A stretch of DNA of 17,827 nt. Origin: Octopus sinensis (Eukaryota). Location of the stretch: the NCBI RefSeq assembly GCF_006345805.1, contig NW_021824750.1:1-17827 (forward strand), given 5' to 3'. Shown in pieces: positions 1 through 10,573 of the stretch; position 1 is the first letter of the stretch, and each line of letters starts with the position of its first letter. Below the pieces are notes generated by a model. The model saw only the letters and a program-made list of their open reading frames with translations. It searched no databases and had not been told where the DNA came from. The position numbers were made by a program, and so were the translations under genes.

Positions 1-202
1 GAGGCGACAAACAAGGACAGACAAAGGGTTTAAGTCTATTACATCGACCCCCCCAGTGCGTAACTGGTACTTAATGTATCGACCCCGAAAGTATGAAAGG
101 CAAAGTCAACCTCGGCGAGATTCGAACTCGGAACATAAAGACAGACGAAATACTGCTAAGCATTTCACCCAGCGTGCTAACGTTTCTCCCAGCTCACTGC
201 CT
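1..202 (+). mobile_element. SINE 3' module (family A), probably cut by the window start
   Basis: Homologous within the window to 288-455 (reverse), 10711-10832 and 17479-17592. Shared motifs include atcgacccc..agt..ctggtacttaat.tatcgaccccgaaa and gctaagcattt...gctaacg.ttct.ccagct...gcctt. It matches an abundant octopus repeat as I recall it. Confidence 0.85.
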
Positions 203-287
203 TTTCGATATTTTCTTTTGACCGTTCGTTTCATTTCATTTTCTCCTTTAAGGCCATGTAAGAAATCTGTAGTTTCATCGCCTTCGT

Positions 288-455
288 CGCGTGGGCAACG
301 AGCAGAATCGTTATTATACCTGACAACATGCTTAGCGGCATTTCCTCTGGCTTTAGGTTCTAAATTTAAAATTCCACTGAAGGCGACACCGCGTTTCATC
401 ATTCGGGGTCGATAAGTGAAGTACCGGTTGAGCTTTGAAGTTGATGTAATCGACG
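288..455 (-). mobile_element. SINE 3' module (family A), diverged copy in reverse orientation
   Basis: The reverse complement aligns to 30-200. ttcggggtcgata (402-414) is the exact reverse complement of 77-89, and atgcttagc (328-336) of 155-163. Confidence 0.85.
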
Positions 456-510
456 AACCTGTCACCCAAAGTTACAAGCCTTGTGTTTATAGTAGGAAAG
501 ATTATATAGC

Positions 511-537
511 AGTAGTAATAGTAGTAGTAGTAGTAAC

Positions 538-596
<59 letters not shown>
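511..596. repeat. (GTA)n/(TAC)n microsatellite
   Basis: Direct inspection; it explains the poly-Val ORF 416..685. Confidence 0.98.
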
Positions 597-884
597 CGGC
601 AGCAGTAACATTTGTTATCATTGAATTAGAGGCACTGTGCTGTATGAGTTTGTATGTATGTGTGTGTGTGTATGTGTCTGTTTAAGTAAAAGTACTTTTC
701 GTTATTATGATGGCTTATTTTTTACATATCTATCTTTGGAACATTGGATTAAGATTAAGCTAATCCAAGTGTTAGCTCGAATATAAAAATCGACTATTCA
801 ATGAACGTATAAATACAAAAAGAAAACAATTGACCCAGCACCGTGAACGAGAAAATAGTATGACTTAGAGGAGGAGAAGGAGGG

Positions 885-909
885 ATAGGAGGAGGAGGAG
901 GGGGAGGAG
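885..909. repeat. GGA-rich purine tract
   Basis: ggaggaggaggagggggagg and upstream gaggaggagaaggagg seen directly. Confidence 0.8.
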
Positions 910-1657
910 AAATTGTGTTAAATATTTGATGGCCATTAAAAGTGAAACGTTGCATTAATGTTTAACACGAATTAGGGTACCACGTCAGAGGAGGGTTAAA
1001 AGTCTCTGGCTCAGAATTCGTGTTCACGCCTTTTAAATAGGTCTTTAAAGTCCGATTCGCAACTACTTTGGTCCCGGGTCGGGCAAACCTTTGTGTTTGA
1101 TTTGAACAGGAACTCTGTGAAAGCCCAGTGCATGCATATATGCGTGTGTGTGCGCGTGTCTGTGTCGCAATGTCAAACACCCTCCTTCAAGAAAAGTTAA
1201 ACCGGATAACCTGAGAATAGCCATTGAAAAGATCATGATAGAGGCTGTGCTCCAGAATGGCTGCCACTGAATCGCATAAAAGAATAGAAGGATATACATG
1301 TATGTATGCACTTAAAGGCATGTTCATATACATATACATACAGATAAGCACACACAAAGAGTAATACATTCATATCTATATTTACACATAATCAGAGCAA
1401 CACACATATAGAAACAAACACGCATACACATACACATACGTACGCACACATACACACGTACACACGTACACACAGAGATTGAATACTATTTCACCAAATG
1501 GCAGGGAAGTAGTTGAAAATGGTTTGTTTAGTAAGAGAGTATTGAAAGAACAATCGAAAATATATTTTACTCGTGGCTGTGAGAAGTGCATGAAATGTTG
1601 TACTGCCGGCAGGGAAATTTTCAAGAAATATTTTGGTTAAAGTGGTGAGAATGGCAG

Positions 1658-1749
1658 ATACATACATGCATATATACATATATATAAATACATACATACA
1701 TTTATAAATATATATATACGTATTACATATAGATATATATATATATATT

Positions 1750-1784
<35 letters not shown>

Positions 1785-1805
1785 TGTATGTATGCATGTA
1801 TGTAT
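1658..1805. repeat. Compound CATA/TA/TATG array with 28-bp inverted arms
   Basis: 1658-1685 and 1778-1805 are reverse complements at 27 of 28 positions. Confidence 0.85.
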
Positions 1806-1928
1806 TTATGTGTGTATAAAACATTCGAAAACATGCAGCAAAACCTATCATCGCCGCCAGTAATATATTTTGGGCTGTAGGAAGGAAGGTATAGAAAACA
1901 GAGAAAAATATAGTGTATCTATTGTCTC

Positions 1929-1931
<3 letters not shown>

Positions 1932-1967
<36 letters not shown>

Positions 1968-1971
1968 ACAC
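1932..1971. repeat. (CA)n microsatellite
   Basis: Direct inspection. Confidence 0.98.
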
Positions 1972-2210
1972 TTGCTGATACACGCATGCACACACATGGA
2001 TATATGTATAACAATATTAAATCCCAAGTTGAGATTTCTTTGCTAGTGAAAAGTAAAACAAACCAATAAAAGAAAACGAAATGTGAAATAAAACAAAAAT
2101 CTCTGACAAAAAAAAAGAAAAAACTTCTGAGAAATTTCTCAATTTCATATACCAAGGACCATTACATAAATTTATGTAAAAAGGGCTGAATAGGTATCAT
2201 TAAAGCAATT

Positions 2211-2300
2211 GCTGCTGCTGCTGTTGTTGTTGTTGTTTTCTGCAGTGGTGGTGGTGGTGATGGATTTAACAACATTGGTGTTGTTATTACTATTGATTTT
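2211..2300. repeat. Compound trinucleotide low-complexity tract (GCT)n(GTT)n...(GGT)n
   Basis: Direct inspection. Confidence 0.85.
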
Positions 2301-2585
2301 TGTTGTTTTTGTTGCTTTGATTTTGTTGATCAGTCTGGAGTCAGCCCCTAATTGAGCAAACCCTATGCTCAAATGAAAATACACCCGTTCACATGACGTT
2401 TGTTAGTCACACATGGAGTAATACTTAGGTATCCCATGGTCTATTTGATGTGTACTCTACATGGGTCTTAGTGCAGGTAGGGCAATAACGTAGAGAGGAC
2501 GTAGATCTTTCGCCGGCCCAAGAAGTCATCAATCTTTACTCGATGTGTTTAGGGGAAATAATTTACAAAACAAGGGTGGAGAAAT

Positions 2586-2610
2586 ATGGCTGAGGGTGAA
2601 GATCCCACAG
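2586..2610 (+). CDS. Candidate first coding micro-exon (MAEGEDPT, phase-1 intron); unproven
   Basis: ATG context gaaatATGG (A at -3, G at +4) followed by donor CAG|gttagt at 2610/2611. Signal-only evidence, no homology recognised. Confidence 0.2.
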
Positions 2611-3400
2611 GTTAGTTAGTATACCTCGCTGACATCTTGCAAACGTACTATTTTGAGGTGAAAAATAATTCAGTTGAAAGAAATTATTGAAGCAAAGATC
2701 GTCTTTTAAGTTCGTTTAAAAACTAAAGAAGAGAACATTTCAACAATATCAGGTGATGGAAATTCTAGAACTATGCTCAGTGAAAGTTAGCACGGAGCTG
2801 GTCTTTAAAGCCCACGGGAGTAAGCATCAGACCTCTTTAGTGAGGGACATATTATTAAGTTGGTGAAACTAAGAGTGATCAATGTGAATACAGATCTGAC
2901 CATACACACACGCACCTACATGTGTGTGTCTACATGTGAGTGTAACCTTATATCATAACTTGCGTTAAATTCGTTTCACTTTCTTGTGATAATTTGCTAT
3001 AGAACATGTCAATAGGTTTCACAACCAACACTGCGTATTACGACGTAACCAACGTATCAATGAGTTGAGCGGGTCTGGTTCTTAGAGCCAACCGCATAAA
3101 TTTTACTGTCCACATATTTCAATCGACAGGTCTTCTTGGAATTTTATCCCTGTGATTCAAATTTCTCAGACTCTTTAAATGAGTTTCTGTCTAATAATAG
3201 CTTAGATGCCACATGATCGAAGATTTTCGTTCCTCTGTACTCCATGTGTGAGACCACACATTATTTTCATTTGTATGAAAAGTGGTGCACTAAAGTGATT
3301 TCCATTCAGCCACATGCAAGTGCGCGCGCTTACGTTTACTTACACATACACACGCATAATATATACATGCACATACACACGTACATATATATGTATATAA

Positions 3401-3668
3401 TGAATAAATAAATAAATAAATAAATAAATAAATGCGCCCTTTTAAAGCCTAGCCAGGCTCATGGGCCTGTTTTCCCGGTTTCTATGGCATATGTGTTCCC
3501 CACCTGGACGGGACGCCAGTCCATCGCAGCGCTACTCATTGTTTCCAGCTGAGTGGAATAGAGCAACGTGAAATGAAGTGCTCAAGAACACAACGTGTCG
3601 CCCGGTTCAGGAATCGAAACCACAATCTTACGATCATGATACTGACACCCTAACCACTAAGCCTCCAC
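3401..3668 (-). mobile_element. Near full-length tRNA-derived SINE with (ATTT)n tail and 15-bp target-site duplication
   Basis: The minus-strand head gtggaggc-ttagtggttaggg has a B-box-like ggtttcgattcc (3610-3621) homologous to the head at 14455-14520. The tail reads (AAAT)n at 3403-3432 on +. tatatatgtatataa occurs identically at 3386-3400 and 3669-3683. Confidence 0.9.
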
Positions 3669-3710
3669 TATATATGTATATAAAGAGGTAGTTGATAAAT
3701 ATACATAGAA

Positions 3711-3787
3711 ACATACACACACACACACACACAACATATATATATATATAATATATATATATCTACATGTACATATATCTATCTATT

Positions 3788-3864
<77 letters not shown>
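3711..3864. repeat. Compound (CA)n(TA)n(CT)n(TA)n microsatellite
   Basis: Direct inspection. Confidence 0.95.
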
Positions 3865-4240
3865 CCTATCACATAGAAACTTGAAAATAATTAATAAAAA
3901 TGTGATGGATGGCGATGCAGTGTATTGAAGGAATGATAGGAATTGAGTTAAAGATGGTAGGTAACACGGCAAACAGACATAGATGAGTCAAAGAACCCGA
4001 GAGGAATTGCTTAAGATGGGAATGGGAAGGTAAGGAAATAAAGCAATGAAGCGCAACTTTAACATACGATATTTTTTCAAGAGTAAGCAAACTGGTAGTG
4101 AAAAGTGAGAAGATTGAAGTCCAATTGAAAAGATGAAAGGGAATGAAGTTAGCGAAATATAACTCGTGTCATAAACATGATCAGATCTGTACGTGCAAAC
4201 ATCTTCACTTACATATATAGAGCTAGTTAAAAAGATAGAC

Positions 4241-4477
4241 ATATAGATAGATAGATAGATGGATAGAGATACATACATACATACATACATACATGAATAG
4301 ATTGATAGGTAGATAAATTGATGGTTTTGTGTATGTATGTATGTATGTATGTATATATATATATATATGCATGTATGTATGTATGTATGAATATGTATAT
4401 GTATATGTATTACGTGTGCATATAATGCATGTGTATGTATTTATATATAATAATATATATTTACATGCATATATACA

Positions 4478-4533
<56 letters not shown>

Positions 4534-4678
4534 TATTATATATGGCATATATATAACATACTGAGATACATAATATATTATATATATTATGCATCATGTA
4601 TACATATACAGTTATGTGTATAATATTATATATAATATCTACATAAATAATATATATATATATATGCATTTTATACAG

Positions 4679-4714
<36 letters not shown>

Positions 4715-4760
4715 AAAGAAAGAGAGATAGATAGACAGATAGAGACAGAGACACAGAGAA
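4241..4760. repeat. Large compound (GATA)/(CATA)/(TATG)/(TA)/(GA) low-complexity block
   Basis: Direct inspection; source of several I/Y-rich ORFs. Confidence 0.95.
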
Positions 4761-5724
4761 AGGGAGAGGAAAAAAATAGAGTGTAAGGAGATGTATACGT
4801 TAACAAGAACAGTGAAATACATACGGAAATTTGAAATCAGATACATCACTTCTAAGGAAATGCACTCAACAGTGCTAGTTGATAGAAAAGAGTATAAACA
4901 AGAAGTAAAAAAAAAAAACTTCTTTGAAACCTCTCCAAAATCCAAGGCAATAAGATATGTCTAGTGATGTGGACGGCATGTTAACAGAACTCCGATAATT
5001 TTATTAGATGTAGGGAAACGGTAAAACTACAATAATCAAAACAAAATTGCGATGGAGGAAAAAACCCAACTAGCGTTAAAGTCACTCAAAATAATGAATT
5101 TCTGAGATCGAATCGAAATAAGTCCATTTTCATTTATAAGGACCATCAAATTGCTAAGAAACTCGAGTAGTGTGTAAATAATTCAACCGATCGAAAAGTC
5201 CGTCTTTATTCACATAAATACACTTAGATATATGATTGACTGACGAAATGCAATACAATCCTCGACTCAGCAACGTACATATTCATAGACAAAAGCGCCA
5301 CACCTTTATACTCAAGCATATATGCGTACATACATGTATATACACACATGCATGAATACATACATATATATATATATATATCTACTTGCCTAACGTTACT
5401 TGTATGGTGAAAACTGATGAATTCTGAAGAGTGCTTATAACGAAATGCCTTTTCTCTCCTACTTCTATTGTAATCACCCTAACTTCAATTGTTATTTCAT
5501 GCTAAAGTATGGAAGGCAAAATCCATAACTTTCAATACAACTGAAAGTTTATAACCATAAGTTTCTTTTTTTTTTCTCTCTCTGCTTCTGTCTATATGAA
5601 ATTGCAGCAACCTGCTAGATGTGAAACAACGCAGAGTAAGTGAACCAAAGGTTTTGGCAATTAAATGCGTCACATAACGAGCAACATATTTATTAAAGTT
5701 GGAGACATATTGGGTATAAGTGCA

Positions 5725-5736
5725 TGTGTATGTATA

Positions 5737-5772
<36 letters not shown>

Positions 5773-5806
5773 AGAGAGAGAGAGAGAGAGAGATAGAGAG
5801 AGAGAG

Positions 5807-5890
<84 letters not shown>

Positions 5891-5990
5891 GGATATATAT
5901 GTATATACATATATACATGCATACATATAGATACATATGTATAATATATTCATACATACACACATATACATGCATACATACATATAAACA
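5725..5990. repeat. Compound (TA)n(GA)n(GATA)n array with TG-type and CA-type flanks
   Basis: Direct inspection; (GATA)n runs roughly 5808-5890. Confidence 0.95.
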
Positions 5991-6068
5991 AAACTATCCT
6001 ACTGTTGATGTTAGAAACCAACTCTTTCTCTATTGGCAAGAAATCTTGAAATAAAACTGAGCAATGAC

Positions 6069-6102
<34 letters not shown>

Positions 6103-6850
6103 ATATATATATATACAACATACACACACAACCTTTTTTGTGTCATTGCGGTACTTGCTGTCAATTTATTTTGGCAAACATAAATGCACACCTCCATTTC
6201 ACAATTAAGTTGGCAAAAATCATAACGAAACAGTACATCATAGACTGATATGTCGCACAATATCATATAGCATTGAAATCCTTTTGAACTGTGGGGTATG
6301 TTTATCATTTCATACTGGATGTTGCAGAAATAGATAACTCAAGGATATCAGTGCAATTTTCAACAGTTCTAAATCTCATTCAAAGTATAGTACCAAATAA
6401 AAATTGAGCCAACGAAAGTATATGTAAGCTGTCGCTGATCTTTTCAGATGTAGCAACAATACAATAGATACATTCGGAACACTGCATTTTGGAATGCTCT
6501 AGCATTCAATGATTAAATGAACAGAATGAGAGTTGGTTCAGAATTTCTTCCCTGTGTTCGTCAACAACTTAGCAAGGCTATGGTTCACACCACAGAACGT
6601 TATATAGGTTTAGATTTGTTACTGTGTAATGTCTCACGCAACTCGTTCATATCGTATATCAGAAGATTCTTTTTCCTGTATAAGTTTAATGTCATAGTAC
6701 CAAATAATTCATAATTTATATGAAGGATTTTTGAGCACTTTAGAGAAAAAATAACCCGTTATGAATAACTGAGATGTACTTGGTGACTTATGTATTTTGT
6801 TGGCGAATACATACAAGCATGCTTTGTATTCACAATTAAATTATGTGTAC

Positions 6851-7024
6851 AACATATATGCATACACAGATATTTATATATATACATATATATATGTGTG
6901 TGTGTGTGTGTATGTATTTATATTTATATATGTGTGTGTATATATATGGATGCATATATACGTGTGTGAGTGTGTGTGTATGTGTGCACAAATACATATA
7001 CACTCACATAAATGCATATATGTT
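6851..7024. repeat. TG/TA/CA low-complexity block bounded by a 13-bp inverted repeat
   Basis: aacatatatgcat (6851-6863) and atgcatatatgtt (7012-7024). Confidence 0.75.
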
Positions 7025-7515
7025 AGAAACCAACTCTATGTATGTTTGTTTAGGTGAGAACTTATTAGATCTTTGAACGGGAAGCGAACTGAAAATTATG
7101 TTGCATAATTTTTTGCTAGATGCACTATATCGAAAGAAAATAAAAGTCGGAATTGTCACGGCCGGAATGCCACCATTTCTCATGGCTGACTTTATACTAA
7201 AGATGAACAGCAACAATATATAATAATAGATTTCAAGTACATTTAATTTATTATTCCAGTGACGAGTAAAAACATTCTGTTTCACCAACACATCATCATA
7301 TCCACGCCTTCATCCTCCTCCCCCGCATGATGTTTTTTTTAAAAACATACTTTAGTGGACGAAATTACAATTCAAGATAATTTTAAGATATTTTTGAGAT
7401 GATTTGGAGATGATTTTCAATGTTCGTTCAATTGAAGGGAATTGCTTAAGAAATCCTCTTATCATGCTAGTGAAATGGAATTATAAATTATAAATTACAA
7501 AAAAAAAGTGTACGC

Positions 7516-7611
<96 letters not shown>
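7516..7611. repeat. (TTA)n microsatellite with two TCA interruptions
   Basis: Direct inspection. Confidence 0.98.
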
Positions 7612-8448
7612 GTTAAAAAAAACAAAAGGCACTTAATCAGTAAGAGAGAAGTGGAAACGCAATTGCAATGGGGAAGAAACATGGCGTAACGTGCCATCTG
7701 CATTTGCAAAGACAGCATAGCAGAACACAGCTCAACGGTAATCGTATGTATGGAAGTTTGCTATTTATTAAATGATACACACAGGCACACATATGCACCT
7801 ACACACAAACACACACACACACACACATACATACAATAAGACACAGATAAAATAAGAATAACATAAAGATTAAAACACATATATGTACTCAGACACACAC
7901 ACATACAATGGTTCAAACGTACGCTACAACTACTTTATAGCATCGTCGTGCTCAAATATAACAACAACAACTACAATCGTAACAAACAAACAACTGAGTG
8001 GATAAACAAAAAAAAACTGAGGAATACTAATATAAACCAGCCAGTAAACAACACAATAAGCACGCAAACATCGTTGAAATACACTGCGAAAAGCACGTTC
8101 CAATGTTGCATTTAATTTACAAATCAATTCGATTCCATAAGATCTTCACTGTCAATGATATTATGGCGAATTTTCCTCTTTAATTTTCTCTCTAAAATTT
8201 CGCTTATATATCTAAATTTTATTCCATTTTTTTTCTTTGCTTATTTTGTTTATTTATATACTACCAAATTTAAAACAGCCTGATTGGCACAATGGATGAT
8301 CTTAAATAGATGCAGCAAAAAACTAAAAAAAATTAAAATTAAAAAAAAAACAAGATTAGAAAGATCTAGAAAGGTACACACGAACATATGTAAATTATAC
8401 ACTTAAATATTCTTCGACGTCAAAGATTGTATGTTCGCATACGCACAC

Positions 8449-8485
<37 letters not shown>

Positions 8486-8734
8486 TACACATCCTTATAT
8501 ATGTATATATACATATTTCGGTTTTAATCATGGGTTTGCGGTATTTCTGCTGCCTGACTTCAAGATTTTCATCACCCTTATCCATCCAAATATATATTTC
8601 AACTTGTATTAATCTCTAATAGTCGAGCTGCTAGGTTACTGAGATAAGGATCAGAACATAAAAGACAACAAGGATTGTATTCGACAGATCTACATGCATC
8701 CATAAACGTAGAATTTTGATTCAATTTAAAAGAT

Positions 8735-9111
8735 TTATTACTCTCTTTTACGTGTTTCAGTCATTTGACTGCGATCATGCTGGAGCACCGCCTTTAGTCG
8801 AGCAAATCGGCCCCAGGACTTATTCTTTGTAAGCCTACTATATATTCTATCGGTCTCTTTTGCCGAACCACTAAGATACGGAGACGTAAACACACCGCAT
8901 ATGTTGTCAAGCGATATGGGGGGGGGGGCAAACACAGACGTATAAACACACGCACACATATATATACATATAGATATATACGACGGGCTTCTTTCAGTTT
9001 CCATCTACCAAATCCACTCACAAGGCTTTAGTCGGCCCGAGGCTATAGTAGAAGACACTTGCCCAAGGTGTCACGCAAGCAAGCTACTTACTACACAGCC
9101 ACTCCTAATGC
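8735..9111 (-). mobile_element. tRNA-derived SINE (family B) with internal microsatellite; B-box region deleted
   Basis: The reverse complement aligns along its length to 15988-16440 (for example ttttgccgaacc vs ggttcggcaaaa and ttattctttgtaa vs ttacaaagaataa). About 32 nt present in the 16-kb copy are missing near 9077. Confidence 0.92.
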
Positions 9112-9269
9112 ATATAAGTATAATCCCCCGGCTCCACTTTTATATCGCCCGCCCCCATTTTTTTTATCTTTGATATATACAGGTACAATATATTTCCTTT
9201 GTATAAGTATTTAGGACTTTAGAATTTCTACCCTGATCTCATAAAAGTCATTATACAAATGTCATCAAT

Positions 9270-9445
9270 TATGGCTGTCATTGTTTCGCTCCAGGTCAGT
9301 TTTGGTCGAGCTGATCTATGATCAAAAGATAATCGAGTGGTGGCCTTCTCTGAAATGTTAGAGCTATGTCAGACAACATCTGAAATGTTAAGATTTCAAT
9401 TGAGGGAGGTTTCGTTGCTATTTCCTGTCATTCCAGCCACATTAG
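9270..9445. repeat. Possible degenerate interspersed repeat fragments of unknown class
   Basis: The segments gctccaggtcag...gatctatgatcaaa and tttcaattgagggaggtt..gttgctattt resemble octopus repeats as I recall them. There is no clear second copy in the window. Confidence 0.3.
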
Positions 9446-10434
9446 ACATTCCCAAAGTTACTCAAGCAGGTATACTGTTCGCAACTTGCTGATGTAGACC
9501 AACATAAATTTGAAATTCTAATAATTCTATCAATACACAAACACACGGATGCACGCGCGCGCAAACACACACACACATACATACACACACACATATATAC
9601 ATGCATATATAACATATAAACACATATACAGACATGCACAACTATATACCTGCATTTATACCAAAAACACACACAAATATACATAAATATATATGTGTTA
9701 ATAAGTTTGAAAATAGAGACTTTCATTGGATATGAATTAGTCTATCAATTCTTTAATATTGCCTACAATTGTCTCACTTCGCACCCAATTTAAATTACAA
9801 AACACACACACACACACATATATATATATATCAAGGTAAATATAAATACATACATTTACATAGAATAGCTTTAAAAAATTGGAAGTTTGTGGTACATATT
9901 AGCTGAGGGGAGAACCCACTCCTACGAAATGGTGCACAGCACCTACAGAACTCTATAGGGAGCTGGCAGTCTGAGCAACGTTCTATATTGTTCCCTTACT
10001 TAAGACCTAAATGCATCAATAGCATCTAGCAGATCATCATGTAATATTAGCTTCAATATACCCAGAATTTAAGGCTATGAAATGTCGTCTAGCCATAGGT
10101 GTGCATAAGGTCTTGTGGTTTTTGAGAGTTATTTACACTATTCAGAAACTCTTTTTAAGTGAGAACAGATCTTACAGGAATTATACTTTTGATGGTGTCT
10201 TGTCAAAAGTATGTTAACGCCTTGAAACCGAGGCCAACCATTCGTGTTTATTGGGTTTGTGGGTATTATAGGCCAAATACATGATTTTTCACTTTAAATG
10301 TCATCTGACGCCGCTCACGAGTAAATGTTATCTTGCATTCGACTGACGACCGATGCCAGGAACGTTTAGTTTCAGCCATTTCATATCATAAAACAGTGCT
10401 AATTACTCCTCCATAAAACTCCGGTAGACTTAAC

Positions 10435-10514
10435 AAGAAGAAAAAGAAGTAGAAGTAGAAGAAAAAGAAGTAGAAGAAGAAGAAGAAGAAGAAGAAGAAG
10501 AAGAAGAAGAAGAA

Positions 10515-10573
<59 letters not shown>

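Noticed and set aside
56-465. Overlapping 119-aa ORFs on both strands
   Set aside because: Both lie within the inverted SINE pair and show no recognisable protein features.
1172-1270. Protein-like frame VKHPPSRKVKPDNLRIAIEKIMIEAVLQNGCH*
   Set aside because: Short, with only a weak aag acceptor, no start codon and no family I can recognise.
2407-3251. 14-bp perfect inverted repeat (2407-2420/3238-3251) as possible transposon ends
   Set aside because: It does not extend, has no TSD, and roughly one such match is expected by chance in a window this size.
5415-5460. CTGATGA...GAAA resembling a hammerhead core
   Set aside because: No helix II, helix III or helix I pairing could be built.
7080-7225. 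Open frame TGSELKIMLHNFLLDALYRKKIKVGIVTAGMPPFLMADFILK
   Set aside because: It is preceded by an in-frame stop after the nearest acceptor, has no donor and no recognised homology.
7978-8050. Cluster of forkhead-like RYAAAYA sites
   Set aside because: They sit in an A/C-rich low-complexity tract where such matches are expected.
10345-10380. CTGACGA motif near gtttcagcc
   Set aside because: It is followed by GAAC rather than GAAA and has no supporting helices.
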